A stretch of 64,000 nucleotides of DNA from Actinomycetota bacterium (GCA_040757835.1 JBFLWJ010000008.1:58464-122463), one strand, 5' to 3'; shown: positions 19,681 to 30,205, counted from the stretch's first letter. Made by a program: numbers and translations. Notes: generated by a model from the letters alone, not told the origin.

Positions 19681-20823
19681 ATGGACTTCACGCTCAATGA
19701 CGAACAGAAAGCCCTGAAGCAGACGGTGCACGAGTTCGCGGCCAACGAGATCAGGCCGGTCTCCATGCAGCATGACGAATCGGGCGAATTCGCCTGGGAC
19801 GTGGTGCGCAAGGCGGCCATACTGGAGCTGACCTATTCCGGCGTGCCCGAGGAGTACGGCGGTCCCGGCCTCGGCATGTTGGACAATACCATCGTCATCG
19901 AGGAACTGGGATGGGGTTGCGTCGGCATCGCGTCGGCCATCGCCCTCAACCAGATCGCCATCCTCCCCGTCCTCCTGGCCGGCAGCGAGGAGCAGAAGAA
20001 GACGTACCTTCCCCGCCTCACCGACCCGGACAACCCGCGCCTGTGCGCTTTCGGCCTGACCGAGCCGGAGGCCGGCTCCGACGCCGCCTCCCTCAAGACC
20101 CGGGCGGTGCGCGACGGCGACGACTACGTTATAAACGGCGGGAAGTGCTTCATCACCAACGGCGGCATCTCGGACTTCTACACCATCTTCGCCACCGTGG
20201 ACCCGGAGCGGAAATACCAGGGCATCACCGCCTTCATCGTGGATGCCGACACCCCCGGCTTCTCCATCGGCAAGATCGAGCACAAGATGGGCATGCGCGC
20301 CTCCCAGACCGCTGAGCTCGTCCTGGAGGACGTGCGGGTACCGGCCGCCAACATCCTGCGCGGCGAGGGGCAGGGCTTCTACGTGGCCATGGAGACCCTT
20401 GACACCTCCCGCCCCGGCGTTGGGGCCATCGGCGTGGGCCTGGCGCGCGCCGCCTTCGAGGAGGCCCTGGCCTACTCAAAGCAGCGGGTGCAGTTCGGCA
20501 AACCCATCTGCCGCCAGCAGTCCATCGCCTTCATGCTCGCGGACATGGCCACCAAGGTGGACTACGCCCGCCTGCTCTGCCACCGCGCCGCCTGGATGCT
20601 GGACAACAAGATGGACGCCATCAAGGAGTCGTCCATGGCCAAGTACGTCGGCACCGACGTGGCCATGGAGGTGTGCACGGACGCGGTGCAGATCCACGGC
20701 GGCTACGGATACATGAAGGAGTACCTGGTGGAGAAGTTCTTCCGCGACGCCAAGATCCTGCAGATCGTGGAGGGGACCAACCAGATACAGCGGCTGGTGC
20801 TGTCGGCCCAGCTCATCGCGTAG
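19681..20823 (+). CDS. acyl-CoA dehydrogenase (short/medium-chain type)
   Basis: Full-length ACAD fold with CFGLTEPEAGSD and the C-terminal catalytic-Glu region YGYMKEYLVEKFFRDAKILQIVEGTNQIQ. RBS AAGGAGG. Confidence 0.85.
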   Translation: MDFTLNDEQKALKQTVHEFAANEIRPVSMQHDESGEFAWDVVRKAAILELTYSGVPEEYGGPGLGMLDNTIVIEELGWGCVGIASAIALNQIAILPVLLAGSEEQKKTYLPRLTDPDNPRLCAFGLTEPEAGSDAASLKTRAVRDGDDYVINGGKCFITNGGISDFYTIFATVDPERKYQGITAFIVDADTPGFSIGKIEHKMGMRASQTAELVLEDVRVPAANILRGEGQGFYVAMETLDTSRPGVGAIGVGLARAAFEEALAYSKQRVQFGKPICRQQSIAFMLADMATKVDYARLLCHRAAWMLDNKMDAIKESSMAKYVGTDVAMEVCTDAVQIHGGYGYMKEYLVEKFFRDAKILQIVEGTNQIQRLVLSAQLIA

Positions 20824-20904
20824 GGAACCCCTCGGGAGCACCGCTTCTCAAGCCGGTACCGTCGATGAGAGAACCGGGCAGGCGGTTACGCAACCGCCCG
20901 GGCC

Positions 20905-21996
20905 TCATCCCTTATAGATGTTGGCGTGGCCGAAGCCGGGTGTGCCGAAGGGCAGCGGCAGCAGCGGCTTCTCGCGCTCGGTGAGCTTCACGATGCGGTC
21001 CATCCGCTCCGCGCCGACGAACTGGACGTGCCTCTCCATGCGCCGCACGTTGGGGCGGACGAAGCGCTTCCACAGCTCCTTCAGGTAGAAGCTGCGGCGG
21101 AACCCCGCCAGGAAGCGGTCGAACTCCGCCTGGGCGGCGGCCGGGTCCGACACGGCCATGGCGGCCACTTTGCCGGTGACCAGTGCCCCGCTGATCCCGA
21201 AGCCCATGAAGGGGTCGATGGCCCCGGACATGGTGCCGCACATGATCAACCCGTCGCGGAAGAGCCGGTAATTGTCCGCCCTCGCCAGGGGGACGGCGGA
21301 CGTCTGGTATTCCCACTCGTCGTGCTCCACGCCCTCGTTGCGCACCATGAAGTCCTTGTACCTCTCCAGGCCCCTCTCGTCCACCCGCTTCCCGAACGAG
21401 AAGAGCAGGTCGAAGTAGTAGTTGTTCACCGCAGACAGGTAGCCGTACTCGGTGATGCTCTCGTCGAACCACAACCAGGCCAGGTCGGTGAAGCCGATCT
21501 CTCCCCGCGACAGCCACATATGAACCGGCAGGAAAGGGACGTCCAGCATCTTGTACGCCTTGGGCACGAGGCCGCAGGCGATGATGGTGCCGGGCTTGAG
21601 CCTGGGCACGTCCTCCTCCCGCAGCGGCGACGAGAACTCGAACTCCACCCCCAGCTCCAGGCACTCCCGGTAGAGCAGGGTGTCCAGGCTGCCCGGACGG
21701 TCACCCCTCTCCACCCCGAAGACCTCGTAGACAGGGAACTGGAACGCGGTATCGTGCAGGTAGGCGGGGCAGCGCAGCAGGGCGTGGAAGACGGGGCCCA
21801 CGTCGATGCCGATGTACCGCGATGTCTTTTCGATATCGATGGGGGTGACGTGGGTGGAGGGATTGTAGGCCTTGGTGCCGCCGTAGGAGTCCTCGGTCTC
21901 CCGGATCACCACCCGGTAGTCTTCCCGCGCCAGGTTGATGGCGGCGACCATGCCGCTCATGCCCGCGCCGTAGATGAGTGCCTCTTTTTTCCGCAT
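20905..21996 (-). CDS. FAD/NAD(P)-binding oxidoreductase (function unknown)
   Basis: N-terminal ALIYGAGMSGMVAAINLA GxGxxG Rossmann motif. 363 aa. Confidence 0.55.
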   Translation of the reverse strand: MRKKEALIYGAGMSGMVAAINLAREDYRVVIRETEDSYGGTKAYNPSTHVTPIDIEKTSRYIGIDVGPVFHALLRCPAYLHDTAFQFPVYEVFGVERGDRPGSLDTLLYRECLELGVEFEFSSPLREEDVPRLKPGTIIACGLVPKAYKMLDVPFLPVHMWLSRGEIGFTDLAWLWFDESITEYGYLSAVNNYYFDLLFSFGKRVDERGLERYKDFMVRNEGVEHDEWEYQTSAVPLARADNYRLFRDGLIMCGTMSGAIDPFMGFGISGALVTGKVAAMAVSDPAAAQAEFDRFLAGFRRSFYLKELWKRFVRPNVRRMERHVQFVGAERMDRIVKLTEREKPLLPLPFGTPGFGHANIYKG

Positions 21997-22187
21997 GCTG
22001 CCCTCCCCTGACCGGCACCCCTCCTACCGGGACGAAAGACCCGCAGCGCGAATCCCGTCCCCTGCATTATGCCACGCCCGCGGCCGCATCACCACCACGC
22101 ACGGGATGTCGCTGCCGCGTAGTATTCTTGAGATCGGGGGAAGGCCCGGCCTTCCCGAAAGCATATGGGTTCTACCAGGAAGGATAC

Positions 22188-25100
22188 ATGTTGGAGCACG
22201 GGATCAACCGCCTGGCGGAGGGTCTGCGGGAGCTGTGCGCGTCCCGCGTCTACGAGGAGAAATGGCTGCTGGCCCCCTCCTTGCGCACGGGGTACCAGTG
22301 GCTGGATACGGTGTCGCGGTGCGGCCAGCCCGCACTCAACGTGCGCGTGAAAACCACATCCGCCATGGCCCTGGAGCTAGCGGCCCCGGAGATGGAGCGG
22401 CAAGGCCTGACCCTGCTCGGTGGGATGAGGATGGAGTTGCTCGCCGCCGGCCTCCTCGTTCGCTTGCGCCGTGGCGGCGGCTATCTGGCACACCTGGAGG
22501 CCAGCCCCGGGCTGGTCCGTGCCGCCGTCTCCACCCTGGGCGCCCTGCGCCGCTGCGGGCTCGAGGCAAGCGACCTCTCCATCCGTCACTTCGAGGTCGC
22601 GCAGAAAGGGATGGAGATCATCTCGCTTCTCACCGCCTACGAAGAGGAGCTGTCCACCCGCGGTCTCATAGACCTGGCCGGGGCCATACGCCTGGCGGCA
22701 CAGCGCCTCGAGACCGACTCGGCGGCCCTGCCTGCGCACTGCCTGGTGGCCGCTTCCCGGGACCTGGTGGATGAGCTGCGCGGCCTGGAGCGCCGCATGT
22801 GGGAGGCGGTCCCGGAGGAGAAACGCCTCGTGATCCCCTCTGACCGCCCATGCGAGGAACGAGGCGGCGAAAGCGGCAACGCGGCCCTGCTCGCCTGGAT
22901 CCCCGCCCCACGCGAGGCACCGGCCGCCGGAGATGACGGCAGCGTCAGGATGTTCCGGGCCGTGGGAGAGGCAAACGAGGTGCGCGAGGTGCTGCGGCGC
23001 TGCGGCGCCCGGGGTATCCCCTATGACCGGGTCGAGGTGCTGCATACCGACACCGCCACCTACGTGCCGCTCTTCCACGAGATCTGCTCCGCCGTCAGCG
23101 GGGAAGACGGGGACCTGCTGCCCGTCACCTTCGCCGAGGGCATACCCGTGCTCTACTCGCGCCCGGGGCGCGCCCTCGCCGCCTGGCTCTCATGGATCGA
23201 GGATGGTTTTCCCCAACCTACCCTGGTGAGGATGGTACAGGAAGGGCTCCTCTCCCCCGGCGAGGACCTCCCGGATGGCTGGAGCTTCTCCCGGCTGGGG
23301 GGCATTCTGCGCGCCCTGCCCATCGGCAAGGGACGCGAGCGCTACCTGGCGGCCATCGATGCCGAGCTTGAATCGCTCGTGTGGCGGAGAGCACATCGCG
23401 CCCTCGAGGAAGACGGCGAAGAGGACGTGGAGCGCCCGGAACACCTGGAGCGGCGCGAGAAGATGCTGGGCGTGCTGCGCGGGATGGTGGAGGGGCTGCT
23501 GGACGGCATCCCCGCGGCCGCGCAGGCCGGGTCCGGCCTGCTGCGCGCGGCCGAGGATTTCCTGGTCGCGCGTGCGCGCGTGGTCAGCGAGATGGACGAT
23601 TACAGCCGGCTGCGGCTGCTCGACGGGATCAGGGAGCTCGCTTCACTCCTGCGGACGGAGGGCGTGACCGCTCCCCCGCAGGATATCAACGGCTGGCTCG
23701 AGGACCTGGCCCGCTCGGCCCGCGTGGAGGGCAAGGGACCGCGGCCAGGTTGTCTTTACGTGGCCCCCCTGGCGGGTGGAGGCCACTCCGGGCGCCCGCA
23801 CACCTTCATCGTCGGCCTCGACGACGGGCGCTTTCCCGGGACCGGCCTGCAGGACCCCCTCCTCCTGGACACGGAACGGGCGGCCATCTCCCCGGACCTC
23901 TCAACCGCGGCGGAGCGACTCGCGGCCAGCCTGGATGACTTCGCTCGCCTGGCGGCCGGATTGCGGGGCTCCGTTACCCTGAGCTACAGCTGCCGCGATC
24001 TCGGGGATGACAGCGATATGTTCCCCAGCCCGGTGCTCCTCGCGGCCTACCGCATCGTCAGCGGCAACCGCGAGGGCGTGCAGGACGACCTTCTGGCCTG
24101 GCTCCCCGAACCCGCGTCCTTCGCCCCCCGGGACCCCGTCGACTGCCTGAACAGCTCGGAGTGGTGGCTCTGCCGCCTGTGCGGCGAACCCGCTCCGCAG
24201 GACCCCGAGGGGACCGTCGCCCTGGCCTTCCCCCACCTGGGCCGGGGCATGGAGGCGCGGCGGGCCAGGGAGAGCGACCTCTTTACCGCCTACGACGGCT
24301 ACGTGCCCGAGGCGGGCCAGGACCTGGACCCGGCTGCGCCCGGCGGTCCTGTGCTCTCGGCGAGCCGACTGCAGACATTGGGCAGCTGCCCCCTGGAATA
24401 TTTCTTCTCCTACGTCCTGGGGATAGAGCCACCCGAGGAATATCCCTTAGACCCTACCGCCTGGCTGGAGCCGACCGAAAAAGGCGGGCTGCTCCACGCC
24501 GTGTTTCACGCATTCCTCCTGCGCTTATGCGAGGAGGAGCGCCGCCCCGTGCTGGAGAAAGACTGGGGCCTGCTGCGGAAGCTCCTCGACGATGAGATCC
24601 GTGCATGGACTCGGCGCAAACCGCCCCCCAACCGCGAGGTCCACGAGAGGGAGATCGAGGACCTGCGCCGCACCGCCCGTATCTTCCTGCAGGAAGAAGA
24701 GGGGTACTGCCGCGAATGGCGCCCGCGGTTCTTCGAGGTGGCGGTAGGGTTTGACGTGGAGGAACGGGAAAACCGCATCGATTCCCCGCAGCCGGTAGAG
24801 ATCGCGCTGCCGAGCGGAAAGACGATCCGAACGCGCGGCTATATCGACCGCATCGACGAGCTGGAGGGAGCCGGCAGCCCGCGCTTCTCCGTGTGCGATT
24901 ACAAGACCGGTTCCAGTTACCCCTACAGCCAGGGCAATCCCTTCCAGCAGGGGCGATGCATACAGAACCTCCTCTATCTGATGCAGGCGCAGTACCTGCT
25001 GTCAAAGGATTTCCCCGGCGCCGAGATCGAGTCGTTCCAATACTTCTTCCCAAACACCCGGGAACACGGCAGGCGCATCGCATGGGCGGCCACCGCCCTG

Positions 25101-25322
25101 GCCGACGGCATACACATCCTCGACCGCCTCTGCGAGATGCTCTCCCTGGGATGTTTTTCCTTCACGGATGAAGAAAAAGACGTGAGGTACAGCGACTACC
25201 GGGCCGCCTTCGGATACATCCCGCGGACGCTGGAACAGACGAAGCGTAAACTGGCCAACGCGCAGAACGTTGCCCTCTCGCCCTTCCGGGAACTGCGCAG
25301 CATGAAGAAGGGGGGCGGATGA
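22188..25322 (+). CDS. addB: AddB-type helicase-nuclease subunit (PD-(D/E)xK nuclease with Fe-S cysteines)
   Basis: C-terminal RecB-family nuclease with SRLQTLGSCPLEYFF and GYIDRIDEL...CDYKTG motifs plus flanking Cys (CLNSSEWWLCRLC) as in AddB. It sits immediately upstream of, and overlaps, the AddA-like gene. Start ATG at 22188 with AGGAAGGA RBS. Confidence 0.6.
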   Translation: MLEHGINRLAEGLRELCASRVYEEKWLLAPSLRTGYQWLDTVSRCGQPALNVRVKTTSAMALELAAPEMERQGLTLLGGMRMELLAAGLLVRLRRGGGYLAHLEASPGLVRAAVSTLGALRRCGLEASDLSIRHFEVAQKGMEIISLLTAYEEELSTRGLIDLAGAIRLAAQRLETDSAALPAHCLVAASRDLVDELRGLERRMWEAVPEEKRLVIPSDRPCEERGGESGNAALLAWIPAPREAPAAGDDGSVRMFRAVGEANEVREVLRRCGARGIPYDRVEVLHTDTATYVPLFHEICSAVSGEDGDLLPVTFAEGIPVLYSRPGRALAAWLSWIEDGFPQPTLVRMVQEGLLSPGEDLPDGWSFSRLGGILRALPIGKGRERYLAAIDAELESLVWRRAHRALEEDGEEDVERPEHLERREKMLGVLRGMVEGLLDGIPAAAQAGSGLLRAAEDFLVARARVVSEMDDYSRLRLLDGIRELASLLRTEGVTAPPQDINGWLEDLARSARVEGKGPRPGCLYVAPLAGGGHSGRPHTFIVGLDDGRFPGTGLQDPLLLDTERAAISPDLSTAAERLAASLDDFARLAAGLRGSVTLSYSCRDLGDDSDMFPSPVLLAAYRIVSGNREGVQDDLLAWLPEPASFAPRDPVDCLNSSEWWLCRLCGEPAPQDPEGTVALAFPHLGRGMEARRARESDLFTAYDGYVPEAGQDLDPAAPGGPVLSASRLQTLGSCPLEYFFSYVLGIEPPEEYPLDPTAWLEPTEKGGLLHAVFHAFLLRLCEEERRPVLEKDWGLLRKLLDDEIRAWTRRKPPPNREVHEREIEDLRRTARIFLQEEEGYCREWRPRFFEVAVGFDVEERENRIDSPQPVEIALPSGKTIRTRGYIDRIDELEGAGSPRFSVCDYKTGSSYPYSQGNPFQQGRCIQNLLYLMQAQYLLSKDFPGAEIESFQYFFPNTREHGRRIAWAATALADGIHILDRLCEMLSLGCFSFTDEEKDVRYSDYRAAFGYIPRTLEQTKRKLANAQNVALSPFRELRSMKKGGG

Positions 25323-28300
25323 TGGGCATCGCCCGCGCGGCCGGCCCGCCGCTTCCCCCCGATCAAGAGCAGCGCGGACTCATCGTCAGCGAGCTCGAAC
25401 GCAATATCATCGTGGAGGCCGCCGCGGGGACCGGCAAGACCACGAGCATGATGGAGAGGATGCTGGCCCTGCTGCGCACCGGCAGATGCGAGAGCGTCCG
25501 CACCATGGCCGCGGTCACCTTCACCCGCAAGGCCGCCGCCGAGCTGCGCTCCCGCTTCCAGGTGGCCCTGGAGAGGGCGGTGCGTGAAGCCGCGGACGAG
25601 GAGAAAGAGCGCCTGGAGGCCGCGCTCACCCACATCGAGCAGTGCTTCATCGGCACTATCCATTCCTTCTGCGCCCGCCTGCTGCGGGAGCGGCCGGTGG
25701 AAGCGGGCGTTGACCTCGCTTTCGAGGAGATCGACGAGGACGAAGACAAGCGCCTGCGCGCGGAGGCGTGGGACGCCTTCCTGGCCGAGCTTATCGCCGG
25801 CGACCCCCGCGGTCTTCTCGACGCATTGGGCGGACTGGGCCTGGGGGTCTCCGAACTGCGCCCCGCTTTCGAAAGCTTCGCCGACTTCCCGGATGTGGAG
25901 GACTGGCCGGTACCCGAAGACAAGGTGGAGCCGGAGTTCGCACGTGTACGGGACGAGCTCCGGATTTATACCGCCCATATGTCCGAACTGGCGCCCCGGC
26001 TCTCCTTCGAGTGCGGCACCGACACCCTGGTCCCCACCCTCCTGCGCATGCCCCGCATCATCTCCCATTTCGAGGACCTGGACCGCCCCGACCAGCTCAT
26101 GGAGGCACTGGAGTTCTTCGATTCCAAGCCACAGATCAGATATACCTTGTGGGTCAAAAACGGCGGCTTTTCGAAGGAGGAGGCCCTCGGCGAGATGGAA
26201 CGCTGGGACCGTTTCCGCGATGATGTGGCCATGCCGGCCTTGAGGGCCTGGCGCGAACTCCGGTATGGCGCGGTCATGCCTGTCCTGCACGCGGCCCGCG
26301 CCGTCTATGTCGAGTTACGCGGCGAACGCGGCCAGCTCAATTTCCAGGACCTGCTCATGAAGGCCGCCGCCCTGCTGAGGGAGAACCCTGCCGTCAGGCG
26401 TTACTTCCAGTCCCGCTTCACCCACCTGCTGGTGGACGAGTTCCAGGATACCGACCCCATCCAGGCCGAGGTCATCATGCTGCTCTGCTCCAGCGATCCC
26501 GATGAGACCGACTGGCGGGCCTGCGTCCCCCGGCCCGGCTCCCTCTTCCTGGTGGGAGACCCCAAGCAGTCCATCTACCGTTTCCGCCGCGCCGATATCG
26601 CCACCTACAACGACGCCAAGAGGATCATCCTCGCGGGCGGGGGCCTGGAAGCCAGGCTGTCCGCCAACTTCCGCGCCGCCCCGGACCTCATCGCCTGGGT
26701 GAACGGCGTCTTCGAGCCGGGAGAGCGGACATGCGATGCGCCGGGAGGGGCCATGCTGCGTTTTCCCGCCAGCGATTCGGAGGAGTCGCCCCGTTACGAG
26801 CGCCTCAGTCCCGGCAGGGAGGAGGGCGCAACCGGCATGCTTAGCGGCCTCTACCGCCTGCAGGTCCCGGAGGAATTCACCAACAAGGAGACCGCCGCGG
26901 CGTTTGAGGCGGATCTCATCGCGCGCTTCATCCGCCATGCCCTGGACAGCGCCATGACCGTGCCGCGCGCCCGCAGGCAGCTCGAGGACGGCCAGCGCAT
27001 GGAAGTGGGACCGGGTGATTTCATGGTCGTGACCCGCAACACCGGCTTCCTGGGTACCTACGCGCGTGCCCTGCAGCTTTACGGCATTCCCCACCAGGTG
27101 ACCGGCGGCACCGCCCTCAACGAGCTGGATGAGTTGCGGCTCTTCAAGGCCTGCCTGCAGGCTGTGGTCCACCCCGACGATCCGGTCGCCCTGGTTGCGG
27201 CCCTGCGCAGCGAGCTCTTCGGCCTGAGCGACAGCGACCTCTACGCCTTCAAGAAATCGGGGGGCGTCTTCTCTTACCGCTCCCCATTGCCCGCGGACCT
27301 GGCGCCGCGGAACGTGGAGGCCTTCGTGGACGCCTTCAAGCGCCTGACCCGCTATTCGCTCTGGCTCTCCCGCCTGCCCTACGCGAGCGCCTGCGAGAGG
27401 ATCGCCTCCGACCTGGGCCTGCCCGCCCTGGCGGCCGCCCGTCCCGGCGGGGACATGCAGGCGGGGAGCCTCGGCAAGGCCCTGGAGCTGTTGCGCGGCA
27501 TGCGCACGGAGCAGTGGAGCGCGGCCCAGCTCGTAGAGTACCTGGACACGCTGGTGGAGAGCACCGAGAAACATGATGGCATCTCGGCCCTCTCTGGTGT
27601 CCTTCCCGCGGTCCGCGTCATGAACCTGCATAAGGTGAAGGGCCTGGAGGCCCCCGTCGTCTTTCTGGCCGATACGTCCGGGGAGAACGAGTTCCCGGTG
27701 GACAGGCATATCGACCGCTCAGGGGACACGATCACGGGCTATCTCTCCATCTCGGGTGAGGCTAGGGGGCGTCGGGGAGGGAAGTTGCTGGCGCATCCGG
27801 TTGACTGGGAACGCCTGGCGGAGAGAGAGGCGGCGTTCGAGAGGGCAGAAGCCCTGCGTCTGCGCTACGTGGCCGCTACCCGCGCAGCGTCGGCCATGAT
27901 CGTCTCCCAGCGGGTCAAGGGCAACGAGAGAAACCCCTGGTGCCATTTCGGTCCTTTCCTGGATGAGTGCCGCGACCTCCCCGACCCCGGCCCCCAGGCC
28001 GCACCCGTAAGAAAGACGGTGCCCCTGGCGCCGCAGGAGATAGCGGAAGCGGGGGCGGCGATCACTTCCCGGCTGCGAGCCGTGTGCGCGCCGACTTACA
28101 ACGCCCTTCCCCTCAAGGAGCATTCCCTCTCCCTGCCAGTGGATGCTGTTCCGGTTGAGTCCGCCGTGGACGGCGAGACGCCGCGGCCGATCCCTGGGGG
28201 GGAGCACGGAGTGGAATGGGGAGGGGTCATCCACCTGCTGCTGCAGACGGCCATGTCCGAGCCCGGGGCCGACCTGGTGCGGTTGGCGGAGGCGGCCCTG

Positions 28301-28687
28301 GCCGAGGGGGGGTTGGGGATATCCCTGGCGCCACAGGCCGCGGCGCTCGCGCGCTCCGTGACCGACTCCGAGATATGGCGCCGGGCCCTGCGGAGCGAGA
28401 CCCGGTTCGTGGAGGTGCCGCTGCAGGCGCAGTGGGTGGAGGGCATGGCCGTGCCCACCATCCTGCGCGGGGCCATCGACTTGGTCTTCCGCGAGGACGG
28501 GGGTTGGGTGCTGGTCGACTACAAGACCGACCTCCCGGGGAGCGGGGGCCTGGAAGCGGTGGCAAGAAGATACGCGGCGCAGGTGCGCCTCTACTCCGAA
28601 GCGTGGGAGAAGTGCACCGGCGAGCCGGTGAGGGAGGCCTTCCTCTACTTCACCGCCGCCGCCGCGCTGGTGAAGATCGACCTGTGA
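25319..28687 (+). CDS. addA: AddA-type ATP-dependent helicase/nuclease (UvrD-family helicase + RecB nuclease domain)
   Basis: Walker A AAGTGKTTS, DExx-box VDEFQDTD, motif III LFLVGDPKQSIYRFRRADI and C-terminal nuclease GAIDLVFRE...VDYKTD. Confidence 0.8.
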   Translation: MMGIARAAGPPLPPDQEQRGLIVSELERNIIVEAAAGTGKTTSMMERMLALLRTGRCESVRTMAAVTFTRKAAAELRSRFQVALERAVREAADEEKERLEAALTHIEQCFIGTIHSFCARLLRERPVEAGVDLAFEEIDEDEDKRLRAEAWDAFLAELIAGDPRGLLDALGGLGLGVSELRPAFESFADFPDVEDWPVPEDKVEPEFARVRDELRIYTAHMSELAPRLSFECGTDTLVPTLLRMPRIISHFEDLDRPDQLMEALEFFDSKPQIRYTLWVKNGGFSKEEALGEMERWDRFRDDVAMPALRAWRELRYGAVMPVLHAARAVYVELRGERGQLNFQDLLMKAAALLRENPAVRRYFQSRFTHLLVDEFQDTDPIQAEVIMLLCSSDPDETDWRACVPRPGSLFLVGDPKQSIYRFRRADIATYNDAKRIILAGGGLEARLSANFRAAPDLIAWVNGVFEPGERTCDAPGGAMLRFPASDSEESPRYERLSPGREEGATGMLSGLYRLQVPEEFTNKETAAAFEADLIARFIRHALDSAMTVPRARRQLEDGQRMEVGPGDFMVVTRNTGFLGTYARALQLYGIPHQVTGGTALNELDELRLFKACLQAVVHPDDPVALVAALRSELFGLSDSDLYAFKKSGGVFSYRSPLPADLAPRNVEAFVDAFKRLTRYSLWLSRLPYASACERIASDLGLPALAAARPGGDMQAGSLGKALELLRGMRTEQWSAAQLVEYLDTLVESTEKHDGISALSGVLPAVRVMNLHKVKGLEAPVVFLADTSGENEFPVDRHIDRSGDTITGYLSISGEARGRRGGKLLAHPVDWERLAEREAAFERAEALRLRYVAATRAASAMIVSQRVKGNERNPWCHFGPFLDECRDLPDPGPQAAPVRKTVPLAPQEIAEAGAAITSRLRAVCAPTYNALPLKEHSLSLPVDAVPVESAVDGETPRPIPGGEHGVEWGGVIHLLLQTAMSEPGADLVRLAEAALAEGGLGISLAPQAAALARSVTDSEIWRRALRSETRFVEVPLQAQWVEGMAVPTILRGAIDLVFREDGGWVLVDYKTDLPGSGGLEAVARRYAAQVRLYSEAWEKCTGEPVREAFLYFTAAAALVKIDL

Positions 28688-28798
28688 GTCCGGCGTGCCT
28701 GACGTGATTCCTTATACCTCATCATTCTATACGATAGAATGAATGGCGGAAGACCGGTCGCAAATGGCCCCACGGACGGGCCGGGGGAGGTCAACAGG

Positions 28799-29431
28799 AT
28801 GGAACACCATATACGGCCGGCGGGGCCCGAGGACGCTTCCGCGGTGGCCAGGCTCATGTACCTGGCGGGCAAGAGCCATGTAGAGACCTCCATCTACGAC
28901 CTCACTTTCCCGGGGAGCATGGAGGACAGGCTCTCGAAGCTCGCCGCGCTCTTCACCGCCCAGACCCGGTCGTGGTATCACTACTCCCACTACCTGGTGA
29001 GCGAGTCGGACGGACTCATCGCGGGCTGCCTGTGCGGCTTCAACGAGCTGGAGTCAGGGGGCAGGAAGATGCAGGAAGCATATATCGAGATCGGCACGGA
29101 CCGCGCCGAGGGCAAGGCCATGTTCGCGCGCCTGCAACCCTTCCACCGCGTGAACCCCAAGCATTACGAGGACTCCTGGGTGGTCGAACACGTCGCCGTC
29201 TTCCCGGAATTCCGGGGCAGGGGGATCGTCTGCGACCTGCTGCGGGAGATACTCGAGCGGGGACGCGAACGCGGTTTTGCGAGCGCCGAGCTGAATATGC
29301 TCATCGGCAACACGCCCGCCCTGGGGGCTTACGAGAAAGCCGGTTTCTTCATCGTGGAGGAGAACACCGACGAGGAGTTCATGGGTATATTCGGAAGCCC
29401 CGGTATGGCCAGGTTGTATATGCAGCTGTGA
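28799..29431 (+). CDS. GNAT family N-acetyltransferase
   Basis: VAVFPEFRGRGIVCDLL acetyl-CoA binding motif (Q/RxxGxG/A). Confidence 0.6.
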   Translation: MEHHIRPAGPEDASAVARLMYLAGKSHVETSIYDLTFPGSMEDRLSKLAALFTAQTRSWYHYSHYLVSESDGLIAGCLCGFNELESGGRKMQEAYIEIGTDRAEGKAMFARLQPFHRVNPKHYEDSWVVEHVAVFPEFRGRGIVCDLLREILERGRERGFASAELNMLIGNTPALGAYEKAGFFIVEENTDEEFMGIFGSPGMARLYMQL

Positions 29432-29537
29432 CACTATGGGCCGCGGTCCCGAGCCATCGGCCGGGTCCCAGGGGGTGTAGAATACTGTTATGGCCGGTTT
29501 TGTCCGAGCGACGGCCCGGAGCCGTAAGGAGGGCGCC

Positions 29538-30110
29538 GTGAAACGGACTGTTGTCTTTCTCATCCTGCTGGTGTCGCTCTCCCTCACGATCCTCGGGGGC
29601 GGCTGTGGCGGATCGCAGGAAGGCGACCAGGAAAACGGCGGCCATACCGGCGGGGAGGTCGATCTCGCCGAGTACGAGAGGGGCATCTCGGAAGGGCAGG
29701 CACGAGGATACGAACGGGGCTTTTCCGACGGCAAGCAAGGCGTCTACGATCCCGGGGTGGAGGTGCCGTCGGACCTGGACGAGGACTACGCGGCGGGCTA
29801 TAAGCAGGGCTGGGTAGAGGGCTACGAGGACGGGCACGCGGATGCCGTCGCGGAAGCGGAGGACGCGGGAGGGGAGCTGGCCGAGGTGGAGGCGGCCATG
29901 CTCGCCTTCGTCAGACAGAACTCGGCGCCCGGCATGGAATTCAGGATCGAGAACATCGTCATCCACGGCAACCAGGCGGCGGGTATAGCCGTGTGCACAA
30001 GCGAGAAACTGGAATCGCCCCTGGTGGTCATGGAGAAGACGGCGTCCGGCTGGAGCGCGGTGGACTTCGGCACCGGCATCGAGCCTCCCTCGTGGTACGA
30101 GTACCGATGA
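29538..30110 (+). CDS. hypothetical acidic lipoprotein
   Basis: GTG start after AAGGAGGG. Signal peptide with lipobox LTILGGGCGG. Acidic low-complexity body. Confidence 0.4.
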   Translation: MKRTVVFLILLVSLSLTILGGGCGGSQEGDQENGGHTGGEVDLAEYERGISEGQARGYERGFSDGKQGVYDPGVEVPSDLDEDYAAGYKQGWVEGYEDGHADAVAEAEDAGGELAEVEAAMLAFVRQNSAPGMEFRIENIVIHGNQAAGIAVCTSEKLESPLVVMEKTASGWSAVDFGTGIEPPSWYEYR

Positions 30111-30205
30111 TGCACGGCGGAGATCGCACAGGGATCAGGACCGCCGGACAAGGTCCGATACAACGACAGGCGGAAGCAGGCGTGCGCTGGTTCCCGGGGT
30201 AGAGT

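Noticed and set aside
21974-22187. N-terminal extension of the AddB ORF back to 21978 (overlapping the flavoprotein gene)
   Set aside because: The internal ATG at 22188 with an AGGAAGGA RBS is a far more plausible start. The extension would overlap the convergent gene.
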